Positions 26,478-36,114 of a DNA stretch of 64,000 nt are shown piece by piece. Origin of the DNA: Kiritimatiellia bacterium (GTDB lineage: Bacteria > Verrucomicrobiota > Kiritimatiellia > B70-G9); NCBI GenBank assembly GCA_029934055.1, contig JAOZMZ010000003.1, forward strand, positions 8,692-72,691, written 5' to 3'. The notes beneath the pieces were generated by a model. It made no database searches and had not been told where the DNA came from. It saw only the letters and a program-made list of their open reading frames with translations. Within the stretch, counting starts at the first letter, position 1, and every line of letters starts with the position of its first letter. The position numbers were made by a program, and so were the translations under genes.

Positions 26478-27890
26478 TCAGATGCGGGCACGGATGAAGA
26501 TGAAATAGAGCAGCAGGATCGCCGCCACCAGGTACATGACCCAGTTGAGATCGCGGCCCTTGCCGCTGAGGACTTTTATGACCGGCTGGCTGATGAATCC
26601 CAAGGCGATGCCGTCGGCGATTGAGTACGTCAGGGGGATGCCGATCATTATCAGAAAGGCCGGAATCGCCTCGGTGTAGTCGCGCCATTCTATGCGGGTG
26701 ACGTTGTGGGCCATCATGGCACCGACCACGACCAGCGCCGGCGCGGTTATGGAAGCATAGCTGGCGACCATCTTGATGAGCGGGAGAAAGAAAAGGGCCG
26801 CCAGGAAGAGGACTGCGGTGGTGAGGGCGGTAAGCCCGGTACGCCCGCCGTGTTCAACGCCGGCGGCGCTCTCGATATAGCTGGTGACCGTACTGGTGCC
26901 GAGGCAGGCGCCCGTCACCGTACCGACGGCGTCGGAGAGAAGTGCCTTTTCGGCCCGCGGCAGGCGGTTGTCTTTGACCAGCCCGGCCTGTTCGCTCACG
27001 CCCACCAGTGTGCCGATCGTGTCGAAGATGTCCATAAAGAGGAAAATCAGAATGAAGGGGAGCATTTTCCAGGTCAGCGCGTGAATCAGGTCCATCTTGA
27101 ACAGGGTGGCACTCGGAGAGGCCGGCGCGCTGACGATGCCATGCGGCAGTTCAAAACGCGTGACGAGCGCCGACTTGGAGATCAGAGGGGTGGAACGAAC
27201 GGCTTCCGGCAGGAGAGGCAGTGCCAGCTTGAAAACGAGTGCACAGAGTGTTGCAGCGGCGATACCCCACAGGATCGATCCGCGAACGCGGCGGGCATGA
27301 AGCACGGCGATGGTGATCAAGCCCGCCGCGAAGACTATTATGTCGGGCGAAGCCAGGCGGGGATTGAGGCCGACGCCGGAAGCGGGATTGAAAAGGATTA
27401 GGCCGGCGTTGTGAAGTCCGATGAAGGCGATGAAGAGCCCGACTCCCACGGCCATGCCGTTTTTCATAGAGGGAGTCACCGCGTCTATGATCATGCGGCG
27501 GACTCCCACCAGAGACAGCAACAAGAAGAGCAGTCCGGAGATGAAGACGACACCCAGTGCCGTCTGCCAGCCCGGGGCGTATCCGGCTGCGGCTGCCGCG
27601 GGAATAACGGTCAGCGCGAAGAAGAAGTTTTCGCCCATGCCCGGGGCCTGGGCGATCGGGTAGTTGGCGTAGAGCCCCATGACGGCGGTGGCGATGGCGG
27701 CGGCGATGCAGGTGGCGGCGGTCACTGCGGCAAAATCCATCCCGGTGGGGTTGTTGAACATCATACCGGAGAGTATGGCGGGATTGACGAAAATGATGTA
27801 GGCCATGGTCAGGAACGTAATGATGCCGGCGGCGATTTCGGTGCGCACGCCGGTGCCGTGTCCCTTGAGATTGAACAGGTCGCGTTGCAT
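26478..27890 (-). CDS. NCS2/AzgA-family purine (adenine/guanine/hypoxanthine) permease
   Basis: GVRTEIAAGIITFLTMAYIIFVNPAIL and about 12 TM helices. GGGAGG lies upstream of ATG 27890. Confidence 0.85.
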   Translation of the reverse strand: MQRDLFNLKGHGTGVRTEIAAGIITFLTMAYIIFVNPAILSGMMFNNPTGMDFAAVTAATCIAAAIATAVMGLYANYPIAQAPGMGENFFFALTVIPAAAAAGYAPGWQTALGVVFISGLLFLLLSLVGVRRMIIDAVTPSMKNGMAVGVGLFIAFIGLHNAGLILFNPASGVGLNPRLASPDIIVFAAGLITIAVLHARRVRGSILWGIAAATLCALVFKLALPLLPEAVRSTPLISKSALVTRFELPHGIVSAPASPSATLFKMDLIHALTWKMLPFILIFLFMDIFDTIGTLVGVSEQAGLVKDNRLPRAEKALLSDAVGTVTGACLGTSTVTSYIESAAGVEHGGRTGLTALTTAVLFLAALFFLPLIKMVASYASITAPALVVVGAMMAHNVTRIEWRDYTEAIPAFLIMIGIPLTYSIADGIALGFISQPVIKVLSGKGRDLNWVMYLVAAILLLYFIFIRARI

Positions 27891-28174
27891 TTGGCACCTC
27901 CCGGTTACGTTTTCTCAGACTACCGCATCTTGGAGAGATCGAGGCGACAGAGATTTATTTGGGATGTGAGGGCGCGGTTTGTCAATGCCGTTAACGTTGG
28001 TCACTTACAGCCTGCCCACGGGCGGGTGATCCGCCGGGAGTGTTGGCCACAACCGGTGAATTTCCGGGGATTGGAAGGAATACCTGTTGTTTTTTCCGAT
28101 GATTGGAAGTTTTGCGGCCGGATAGTCGGGGGCGGCGGGGTTGCGGGACGGGACGGGGTGATGTAGGTTGAGGC

Positions 28175-28573
28175 ATGATTTTTTCGATCCTCTTGGTTGT
28201 GTTTATCGTTCTGCCGATCGTGGAGCTGGCCTTGTTGATCAAGGTGGGCGAGCACATTGGGGCCATCTACACGGTGGGCCTGGTGGTTTTGACCGGTGTG
28301 GTGGGGGTCTCCCTGGCGCGCCTGGAGGGGATGCGGATCCTGTGGCACATTCGGCAGGACCTGGAGGAAGGCCGTGTTCCGGCCCCGGCGGTAGTGGACG
28401 GGCTGCTGATTATCGTGGCGGGCGCCCTGCTGGTGACGCCTGGATTTCTGACCGACGCGACCGGGTTCCTGCTGTTGGTACCGCGTTTCCGCATGTACGT
28501 GCGTTCGGTGATCCGGCGTTACCTCGATCAGCGCGTACATGCCGATGTTATTGACGTTACCTACTGGGAATGA
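28175..28573 (+). CDS. fxsA: FxsA family membrane protein
   Basis: LPIVELALLIKVGEHIG...AGALLVTPGFLTDATGFLLLVP. Confidence 0.85.
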   Translation: MIFSILLVVFIVLPIVELALLIKVGEHIGAIYTVGLVVLTGVVGVSLARLEGMRILWHIRQDLEEGRVPAPAVVDGLLIIVAGALLVTPGFLTDATGFLLLVPRFRMYVRSVIRRYLDQRVHADVIDVTYWE

Positions 28574-28634
28574 TAAGTGATTGCGGCATTCCGGTTTGTG
28601 GTTTCCGGCAGTAGTAATTGAGGAGGAGATTCTG

Positions 28635-29714
28635 ATGGCGCGCGTGTTCAATTTCAACCCCGGTCCGGCGACATTGCCACTGGAAGTTCTTGAAGAAGTT
28701 CGTTCGGAGTTGCTGGACTACCACGGCAGCGGCATGTCGATCATGGAGGCCAGTCACCGCGGAAAGGAATACGCGGCGGTGCATGAAGAGGCCTGTGCAA
28801 ACATTAGGCGTCTGCTGGGTCTCTCCGACGATTACGCGGTGCTTTTCATGACCGGCGGCGCGAGCGCACAATTTGCGCTGGTCCCCATGAACCTGCTTGG
28901 GGAAGGCGGCAGCGCCGACTACGTCAACAGCGGGGCGTGGGCGTCCAAGGCGATCAAGGAGGCCCGCCTGCAGGCGAAGATCAACGTCGTGGCGGATACC
29001 TCCGGGGAGAAGCCGGCCCGCATGCCCGCGCCGGACGAAATCAAGATCAGCGACGGCGCGGTCTATCTGCATATCACATCCAACGAGACGATTGCCGGCA
29101 CGCAATGGAAAGAATTTCCGGAGGTGGACGTTCCCATCGTGGCGGACATGTCTTCCGACATGCTCTCGCGGCCGATAGACGTCGAGAGGTTCGGGCTGAT
29201 CTACGCCGGGGCGCAGAAAAATCTCGGGCCGGCAGGCGTAACGGTGGTCATTATCCGCCGCGACCTGGCTGCGAGGGTCTCGGAAAAGGTGCCGATAATT
29301 ATGCGCTACAGCACCCACGTGGAGAAGGATTCGCTCTACAATACGCCGCCGTGTTTCAACATATATGTCGTCATGCTGGTGACGCGCTGGGTGCTGGCGC
29401 TGGGGGGGCTGGAGGCCATGGCGGAGCGTAACCGTGCGAAGGCTGCGAAGATATACGGCGTTCTCGATGAAAGCGACTACTACCGCGGGACGGCTGATGC
29501 AGGAAGCCGTTCGGACATGAACGTGACTTTCCGGCTGCCTGACGAAGAGCAGGAAGCGCGCTTCGTGGCCGAGGCCGCCACACAGGGGTTGAAGGGGTTG
29601 AAGGGGCATCGCAGCGTGGGCGGTATTCGGGCCTCGATATACAATGCCTTTCCACCGGAAGGCGTTGATGCGCTGGTGGAGTTCATGCGGGTTTTCGAGC
29701 GGCGGAACGGCTGA
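28635..29714 (+). CDS. serC: Phosphoserine aminotransferase
   Basis: MARVFNFNPGPATLPLEVLEEV...GSGMSIMEASHRGKEY. ATG 28635 is preceded by AGGAGG (28621-28626). Confidence 0.9.
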   Translation: MARVFNFNPGPATLPLEVLEEVRSELLDYHGSGMSIMEASHRGKEYAAVHEEACANIRRLLGLSDDYAVLFMTGGASAQFALVPMNLLGEGGSADYVNSGAWASKAIKEARLQAKINVVADTSGEKPARMPAPDEIKISDGAVYLHITSNETIAGTQWKEFPEVDVPIVADMSSDMLSRPIDVERFGLIYAGAQKNLGPAGVTVVIIRRDLAARVSEKVPIIMRYSTHVEKDSLYNTPPCFNIYVVMLVTRWVLALGGLEAMAERNRAKAAKIYGVLDESDYYRGTADAGSRSDMNVTFRLPDEEQEARFVAEAATQGLKGLKGHRSVGGIRASIYNAFPPEGVDALVEFMRVFERRNG

Positions 29715-29836
29715 TACGGGGGACGGCACGTCCGCAAGCTTGAGACGGGACGGGGATTGGATCTGTTCGCGGGAGCGGAGTCCGGTCGGGATTTCGGGAA
29801 TTGCGAAACGGTCCGCCGGCGCGATAATGCGGTGTG

Positions 29837-32800
29837 ATGAAATTTTATGCCGATCTACACGTCCACTCGCGGTATTCCAGGGCGACGAGTCGCGACGCGG
29901 ACCTTCGCGGCATGGCCCGATGGGCCGCCCGCAAGGGCATTGCCCTGCTGGGGACGGGGGATTTCACCCATCCGGCGTGGCTGCGCGAACTGGAGTCGGG
30001 ACTTGTAGAGGCCGAACCGGGACTCTTCCGCCTCAAACCCGAACTGGAGCGCGAACTGCCGCAGGAGACAGTGGGTGATCGGGGAAGCTTCGGCGTGCGC
30101 TTCGTTCTTCAGGTGGAAATCTCGACGATCTACAAGTATGAAGGGCGGACCCGGAAAGTTCATCATTTGATCTACGTTCCGGGATTCGATGAGGCACGGC
30201 GTCTGCGCGAGCGGCTGGGACGGATCGGCAACGTGGATTCCGATGGGCGGCCGATCCTGGGCCTGGATTCCCGCGAGTTGCTGGAGATCGTCTTGGAATG
30301 TGGAGAAGACTGCTATCTGATACCTGCTCACATATGGACCCCGTGGTTCTCGGTATTGGGGTCGAAGTCCGGCTTCGAATCGATCGAAGCATGCTACCGC
30401 GACCTGGCGGACAGGATTTTTGCGGTGGAAACCGGGCTTTCTTCCGATCCGCCCATGAATTGGCGCCTGGCGTCCCTCGACAAGTTTCGCCTGGTCTCCA
30501 ACTCCGATGCCCATTCTCCCGCGAAGCTCGGTCGAGAGTGTTGTCTCTTCGATACGGAACTCAACTATTATTCCATCCGTGATTCTTTGCGGAGCGGAAA
30601 GGGCTACCTCGGAACCGTTGAGTTTTTTCCGGAGGAGGGCAAGTATCATTATGACGGCCATCGCAACTGCAACGTATGCCTCACTCCGGAAGAGACGCGG
30701 CGGCTTGGAGGAATCTGTCCGGTATGCGGCAAGCCGTTGACGGTGGGGGTGTTGTACCGGGTCGAAGAACTGGCTGATCGTCCTCCGGGGAGACGCCCAC
30801 CGGAGGCGGACGGGTTTTGGAGTCTGGTCCCATTGCCGGAAATACTCGCAGAGATACACGGGGTAGGCCCGGCGACGAAGACGGTCAGGCACTCCTACGA
30901 GATGCTTCTCCGCCGGCTTGGACCGGAACTGCATGTTCTGGCCGAACTCGACGTCGCTGAAATCCGGCGGGCCGGATCGGAGCTGCTTGCGGAGGCGGTG
31001 GCACGGCTGCGGCGGGGGGAGGTTATCCGTTCGGCCGGATACGATGGGCGCTACGGCAGTGTGCGCCTGTTCCGCAAAGGGGAACTCAGCCGTGAACATG
31101 TTCATGGGGTGCTTTTCGATCTGCCGCCGACGGCTCCGCCGCCTGAGGGGAAGAAGATGGCCGCCGGGGGAGATGAGGAAGAATATGCCTTCGTGCGCCG
31201 TTCCGGGAGAGCCGCGGTAAATGAGAATTCTCCCGTATCGGCCGAGGTCGGGTTGGACCCCGAACAACAGGCCGCAGTGCGCCATGGCAGTGGACCGTTG
31301 ATGATTGTGGCCGGTCCCGGTACGGGGAAAACGCATACCCTCACACAGAGAATCGCGTACCTTGTACGCGAGAAGGGCGTACCGGCAGAAGAGTGTCTGG
31401 CGATAACATTCACGCGGCGGGCGGCGGCCGAGATGACAAGTCGTCTGAAGGCTATGGGGGCCGCGCTGATGGAGCGCGTGACGATCACCACTTTTCACGG
31501 CTTGGGCCGGATGATCATGCGCGAATATGCCGGGGTACTGGAAGGGGTTCCCGGCACGGCGCGGGTGGTGACCAATGAAGAGTTGCTGGAAATCGTCCGG
31601 AAGGAACTGGGGTTTTCCAAGCGGAAGGCCGGGGAGTTTTTACGGGACGTGGAGGAATACCATCGTCGCGGGGAATCCGGCGGGGAACTTCCGGCATGTG
31701 TCCGCGATTATGACCGGATAGTCACGCGAGAGCGGGTGATGGGCTTCAGCGATTTGATTTACCGGCCGGTAAAGCTGCTGGAAGAAAACGCGGATGTCCG
31801 ACGCAATCTGCAGAAACGTTTCGGCTGGATAGCGGTGGATGAGTTTCAGGATGTGGATCCACTTCAGTATCGCCTGATACGACTGCTGGCGCCGCCGGAC
31901 GGGAATATCTGTGTAATCGGGGATCCCGATCAGTCCATATACGGATTCCGGGGCGCGCAGGTGAGCCTTTTCATGCAGTTCACACAGGACTATCCGGGGA
32001 CACACGTGGTACATCTGAGGCGGAATTATCGTTCGAGCGGAAGCATTGTACGGGCGGCTTTGCAGGCGATGGCTCCGCAGACTCTGGTACCGCGCCGGGT
32101 GTTGGAGGCTTTGCCGGGAGAGGGGGAGCGCGTCACGATTCATACCGCTGCGACGGACAAGGCGGAGGCGGAATACGTCGTTCATACGATAGAACGCATG
32201 ATCGGCGGGGCCACTTTCTTCTCGATGGACAGTGGGCGGGTGGCGGCGGGAGAGGGGCTTGATCTGTCATTCGGCGATTTTGCCGTCCTATACCGGACGG
32301 ACGCCCAGGCCGAGGCGCTTGTCGAAGCCTTTGCGCGTTCCGGCATGCCGTACCACAGGTACACTCACGGCACGCGCGCATCTTCTCCATTGATGAAGCG
32401 ATTGCTGGACGTACTGGCGGCGGACGGCCGGCCGCCCGGCGTGAGCCTCGCCGCTCGCCTGGAGCAGGCTGCCTCAGAGTTGGAGCAAAGCGACGGGGAC
32501 AACCGCGAGGCGGTTCGAGAGACGCTTGCGGCCTCCAAGGCGCTTGCGGCGGACTGCGGAGATAACGAAGACGAATTTCTTTCCGAGTTGGCCATGGGGA
32601 TGGAGGTGGACGCGCTGGACCCGCGGGCGGATCGGGTGGCTCTGCTCACGCTGCATGCGGCCAAGGGTATGGAGTTTGCGGTGGTTTTCATCACCGGTTG
32701 TGAAGACGGTCTTCTGCCATTGCGCTGGGGCGGGGGGGACGGTGCAGGGGGGAGCGAGTCCGCCGAGGAGAGACGGCTGTTCTTCGTCGGTATGACGCGG

Positions 32801-32983
32801 GCGCGCCGGCGACTGTTTCTTGTTCACGCCCGCCGGCGGCAGTGGCAGGGTCGGGTACGAAGTATGGCCCCGTCCCCATTTCTGGCCGATATCCGCAATG
32901 AGTTGTTGCGGCGCGAACGTGCCGGCGACACCCACCGGTCACGGCGCAGAATCGAAGTGCAATTGGACCTGGATCTCGGTTGA
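29837..32983 (+). CDS. Fusion protein: N-terminal EndoQ-like PHP-domain nuclease with zinc ribbon, plus C-terminal UvrD/PcrA-type superfamily-1 helicase
   Basis: N-terminus MKFYADLHVHSRYSRATS (PHP metal site), EGKYHYDGHRNCNVCL...ICPVCGKPLTVGVLYRVEELA (Cys4 ribbon). From about aa 480: AGPGTGKTHTL (Walker A), VDEFQDVDPLQ (motif II), GDPDQSIYGFRGA, LRRNYRS, LTLHAAKGMEFAVVF, FFVGMTRARRRL. Confidence 0.8.
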   Translation: MKFYADLHVHSRYSRATSRDADLRGMARWAARKGIALLGTGDFTHPAWLRELESGLVEAEPGLFRLKPELERELPQETVGDRGSFGVRFVLQVEISTIYKYEGRTRKVHHLIYVPGFDEARRLRERLGRIGNVDSDGRPILGLDSRELLEIVLECGEDCYLIPAHIWTPWFSVLGSKSGFESIEACYRDLADRIFAVETGLSSDPPMNWRLASLDKFRLVSNSDAHSPAKLGRECCLFDTELNYYSIRDSLRSGKGYLGTVEFFPEEGKYHYDGHRNCNVCLTPEETRRLGGICPVCGKPLTVGVLYRVEELADRPPGRRPPEADGFWSLVPLPEILAEIHGVGPATKTVRHSYEMLLRRLGPELHVLAELDVAEIRRAGSELLAEAVARLRRGEVIRSAGYDGRYGSVRLFRKGELSREHVHGVLFDLPPTAPPPEGKKMAAGGDEEEYAFVRRSGRAAVNENSPVSAEVGLDPEQQAAVRHGSGPLMIVAGPGTGKTHTLTQRIAYLVREKGVPAEECLAITFTRRAAAEMTSRLKAMGAALMERVTITTFHGLGRMIMREYAGVLEGVPGTARVVTNEELLEIVRKELGFSKRKAGEFLRDVEEYHRRGESGGELPACVRDYDRIVTRERVMGFSDLIYRPVKLLEENADVRRNLQKRFGWIAVDEFQDVDPLQYRLIRLLAPPDGNICVIGDPDQSIYGFRGAQVSLFMQFTQDYPGTHVVHLRRNYRSSGSIVRAALQAMAPQTLVPRRVLEALPGEGERVTIHTAATDKAEAEYVVHTIERMIGGATFFSMDSGRVAAGEGLDLSFGDFAVLYRTDAQAEALVEAFARSGMPYHRYTHGTRASSPLMKRLLDVLAADGRPPGVSLAARLEQAASELEQSDGDNREAVRETLAASKALAADCGDNEDEFLSELAMGMEVDALDPRADRVALLTLHAAKGMEFAVVFITGCEDGLLPLRWGGGDGAGGSESAEERRLFFVGMTRARRRLFLVHARRRQWQGRVRSMAPSPFLADIRNELLRRERAGDTHRSRRRIEVQLDLDLG

Positions 32984-33075
32984 TGGTGGAGACCGAACCC
33001 GGTCCGGCGATAGTTGCCGGCCAGAGCCCACATCCGCTTGGGGGGCGTTCGCAATCTGGCGGCGGCGGGATGCGG

Positions 33076-34161
33076 TCAGCCGCGGGCGGTACCCTTCTTA
33101 TAGAACGGCAGGCTCACGACTTCCGCCGGCAAGGTGCCCCCCCGGGTCGCGATTTCGAGTTGGGTTCCCGGCCGGCAGAGGTCGTTTTTGATGTAGGCCA
33201 TGGCTACAGCAGTGCCCAGACTGGGAGCAAACGATCCACTCGTCACCACGCCGGCCTCGACTCCTTGGGCGAGGACACGGTCGCCAGCACGGGCGGCACG
33301 GCGGCCGGCGAGGCGGAGTCCGGCGAGGTAATGGGAGACACCCTTCCGCAGATCGTTTTCAACCGCCTCACGGCCGATGAATGTTTTTTCGAGGGAGATG
33401 AAACGGCCCCGCGATGCGGCGACGGGTGATCGGTCTACGCTCAGTTCATGCCCGTAGAGAGGATAGCCCATTTCGAGGCGGAGGGTATCCCGGGCCCCCA
33501 GGCCCGCCGTCCGGATCGCCCCCCCGGCCAGAAACATTTTCCAGAAGCGTACGGTTTCCTGCGCCGGCAGGTAGATTTCGTATCCCCATTCGCCGGTATA
33601 ACCACTACGGCTGACAAGGCAGGTAACGTTGGCAATCTCGACTTCGCGGGCACTGAAGTATGACAGATCCGGCAGCGGCATTTGCAGTACCTCCTCGATT
33701 GCGCGGCGGGAATTCGGGCCCTGAATGTCGAGTTTGCCGGTTTGGGAGGATATGTCGTGAAAAGTGGTTTGCGCAGACAGATGGGCCTGGATCCAGTCGG
33801 CATCAGCACTTGTCGTTGCGGCATTGACTACGAGCATGAAACGCTCCGGTCCGAGACGGTAACAGGTAAGGTCGTCAAGGACACCGCCGTCCTCGCGCAG
33901 CAGGTAGCCGTAGCGGCAGGCGCCTTCGGCCATGCCGCCGATCTGTTGTGTGAGCAGCTTTTCAAGGTCGGCGGCGGCCGTGGGGCCGCTCAGTTCGAAT
34001 TCGCCCATATGACAGGTATCAAAAATCGAGGCATGGCTGCGCGTCCAGGCGTGTTCCGCCAGGATGCCGGCGTATTGGATCGGCATGTCCCACCCGCCGA
34101 AGGGAGCCATGCGGGCGCCCAGGTGTTGATGCTCTTCGTGTAGTGGTGTTTTCAGTGTCAT
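33076..34161 (-). CDS. gcvT: Glycine cleavage system aminomethyltransferase T
   Basis: TPLHEEHQHLGARMAPFGGWDMPIQYAGILAEH...IFDTCHMGEFELSG. Confidence 0.9.
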   Translation of the reverse strand: MTLKTPLHEEHQHLGARMAPFGGWDMPIQYAGILAEHAWTRSHASIFDTCHMGEFELSGPTAAADLEKLLTQQIGGMAEGACRYGYLLREDGGVLDDLTCYRLGPERFMLVVNAATTSADADWIQAHLSAQTTFHDISSQTGKLDIQGPNSRRAIEEVLQMPLPDLSYFSAREVEIANVTCLVSRSGYTGEWGYEIYLPAQETVRFWKMFLAGGAIRTAGLGARDTLRLEMGYPLYGHELSVDRSPVAASRGRFISLEKTFIGREAVENDLRKGVSHYLAGLRLAGRRAARAGDRVLAQGVEAGVVTSGSFAPSLGTAVAMAYIKNDLCRPGTQLEIATRGGTLPAEVVSLPFYKKGTARG

Positions 34162-34279
34162 GGGGGAGGAGTATATCTGTCCTCAAAGGCCGTCACAATA
34201 CGGGACTTGGTATTCGCGCTTTCAAAAAAGCCGGTCGTATAGTAGTGTAATAACGTGCCTGGTGAAGGAGAGAAGGACG

Positions 34280-35059
34280 TTGAAGAACAGAGATATCGCC
34301 GAAATTCTTGAAGGCTGGGATTACGAGCCCGACCGGGTCTCGGCACGCTGGATAACCGGCCGTGACGGCCTGCCGAAGGTTCAGTTGCGACTGGACCTGG
34401 GGCTGTTTCAGATGGAAGCCGAGGGCCGTCCCGACGGTACGACGCCGCGTGGATATCCATCGTTGTTGGAATACTACAAGTCACTTGAAAAAACCATCTC
34501 ACCCGGGCACCCGTCGCTCGACTTGCACGAGGAGGCCTGTGCGGAATTACAGCAGGAAGCCGTGCAATATTATTACCGGTATCTGGCTTTCTATGCGCTG
34601 AAGTATCTTGAGGGCGTGATCCGTGATACGGATCACAACCTGCAGATTCTGGACTTGGTGGCACGGCATGCCGTAGACGAGGAACTGGCCTGGCAGTTTC
34701 TTCAGTTTTTCCCGTACGTACGCATGATGCATGCGCGCGCGGTGGCGGAGAAGGAATCCGAGAATCACGATTATGAAAAGGCGATAGAGGCCGTGCGCAG
34801 CGCGATTCAGGACATTCGGGCCTTCTGGGAAAATTATGGTGACGACGAGGAACTGGTCAACGACGGTGACGAAGAGGAGATACTTCAGGAATTACTTCAC
34901 CGGTTGCAGCGTCACAAGCCCCGAAGTGAGGCCGACCGGTTGCGCGAAGATCTCGAGAAGGCGGTCGCAGCGGAAAATTATGAGAAAGCGGCGGCTCTGC
35001 GCGACCAGTTACGCAAACTGGTCGAGACGGCTCATGAAAGCGTCGGCGACGGCCAGTAA
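34280..35059 (+). CDS. UVR (UvrB/UvrC) motif-containing protein
   Basis: The C-terminus AVAAENYEKAAALRDQLRKL is a UVR motif. Start proposed at TTG 34280 after AAGGAGAG (34265-34272), because the 34160 start would abut the divergent gcvT start codon. Confidence 0.55.
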   Translation: MKNRDIAEILEGWDYEPDRVSARWITGRDGLPKVQLRLDLGLFQMEAEGRPDGTTPRGYPSLLEYYKSLEKTISPGHPSLDLHEEACAELQQEAVQYYYRYLAFYALKYLEGVIRDTDHNLQILDLVARHAVDEELAWQFLQFFPYVRMMHARAVAEKESENHDYEKAIEAVRSAIQDIRAFWENYGDDEELVNDGDEEEILQELLHRLQRHKPRSEADRLREDLEKAVAAENYEKAAALRDQLRKLVETAHESVGDGQ

Positions 35060-35070
35060 TATTGTTTTGC

Positions 35071-35931
35071 ATGGAGACGGTCATGACAATCATCGAGCCG
35101 CACATTCATATGTTTTCGCGGACAACCGACGACTACCGGGCGATGTACGAGGCCGGTATTCGCGTGGTGGTGGAGCCTTCCTTCTGGCTGGGAGCGTCCC
35201 GCCGCCATGCCGGCAGTTTTTTCGATTACTATCCGCTCATCCTGGATTTCGAGAGGGAGCGGGCGCGCCGATCGGGGATTGATCATTATGCTTGTGTGTC
35301 CGTGAATCCAAAGGAAGCCGATGATCTCGGTCTGGCGCGCGAGGTGCTTGCGGGGATTCGCCCGTATCTTCAGCATGAGCGTTGTGTGGCGATAGGTGAG
35401 ATCGGCTTCAACCGTATTACCCGCAACGAGGAAGAGGTTTTCCGGGAACAACTCGCTCTGGCGCAGGAATTGAATATGCTCGTTTTGATTCATTCGCCGC
35501 ACGATACGCCCGAGGTCAGCAAGCGCAAGGGGGTGGAGCGGACGATTGCAATCCTGCGGGAGATGGGCATTGATCCCGAGCGCACGATTCTTGATCATAA
35601 TACCGAGCAGACAATGGACCTGGCCCGCGATTCAGGATGTTGGGCCGGACTTACAGTCTATCCTTATTCCAAGCTCAATCCCCGCCGGGTGGTGGACATT
35701 CTGCGCCGCTGGGGGACTGAGCATACGCTGGTCAACAGTTCGGCGGACTGGGGCGTATCGGATCCATTGACCCTGCCCAAGGTGGCCGGCTACATGAGGG
35801 ATCAGGGTTTTGAACAGGAAGAGATCGAGCGTCTTCTTTTCGACAATCCGCGAAGTTTTTACGGACAGGAGCCGCGTTTTCGTCCGCAATACGATCTGCC
35901 CTTCATTGACCCGGCGACCTATCAACGCTGA
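35071..35931 (+). CDS. TatD-family metal-dependent hydrolase
   Basis: IIEPHIHMF (HxH metal site), AIGEIGFN, LIHSPH, LDHN and SSADWG. The start is ambiguous (ATG 35071 or 35083). Confidence 0.75.
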   Translation: METVMTIIEPHIHMFSRTTDDYRAMYEAGIRVVVEPSFWLGASRRHAGSFFDYYPLILDFERERARRSGIDHYACVSVNPKEADDLGLAREVLAGIRPYLQHERCVAIGEIGFNRITRNEEEVFREQLALAQELNMLVLIHSPHDTPEVSKRKGVERTIAILREMGIDPERTILDHNTEQTMDLARDSGCWAGLTVYPYSKLNPRRVVDILRRWGTEHTLVNSSADWGVSDPLTLPKVAGYMRDQGFEQEEIERLLFDNPRSFYGQEPRFRPQYDLPFIDPATYQR

Positions 35932-35932
35932 G

Positions 35933-35967
35933 GAGGCGCGGAAGGATCCCGCGGGGGCTCTTTTTTT
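35933..35967 (+). terminator. Candidate rho-independent terminator
   Basis: Interrupted GC-rich dyad: GAG..CGCGG (35933-35941) pairs with CCGCG..CTC (35949-35960), followed directly by TTTTTTT (35961-35967), just after the TatD-like stop. Confidence 0.45.
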
Positions 35968-36114
35968 GAAACGGGCTGTTTTCTGGATATTCCCGGGTTG
36001 CAGGTGAGGTGTGTTTGTCGGGGGAACGATTCTGGAAAAAAGACTTGAAAATTCCTATTGCGGGGGTATTTTAATGTATACCGGTACAGTACCGGTTCAC
36101 ATTGGAGGTGCCTC

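Noticed and set aside
27891-28010. Possible purine riboswitch upstream of the NCS2 purine permease
   Set aside because: The minus-strand leader lacks the UAUAAU ... CCGACUAUG junction motifs and the P2/P3 loop pattern of guanine/adenine riboswitches. Only a GGGAGG ribosome-binding site is evident.
29855-31498. 547-aa ORF antisense to the EndoQ-helicase gene. Similar long antisense ORFs occur at 21879-23432, 51342-52715, 56692-58206, 13056-14141, 59551-60702 and 62798-63982.
   Set aside because: All are Arg/Gly/Pro-rich, lack recognisable motifs, and overlap genes with strong family signatures on the other strand. I consider them GC-driven artefacts, though antisense coding cannot be formally excluded without expression data.
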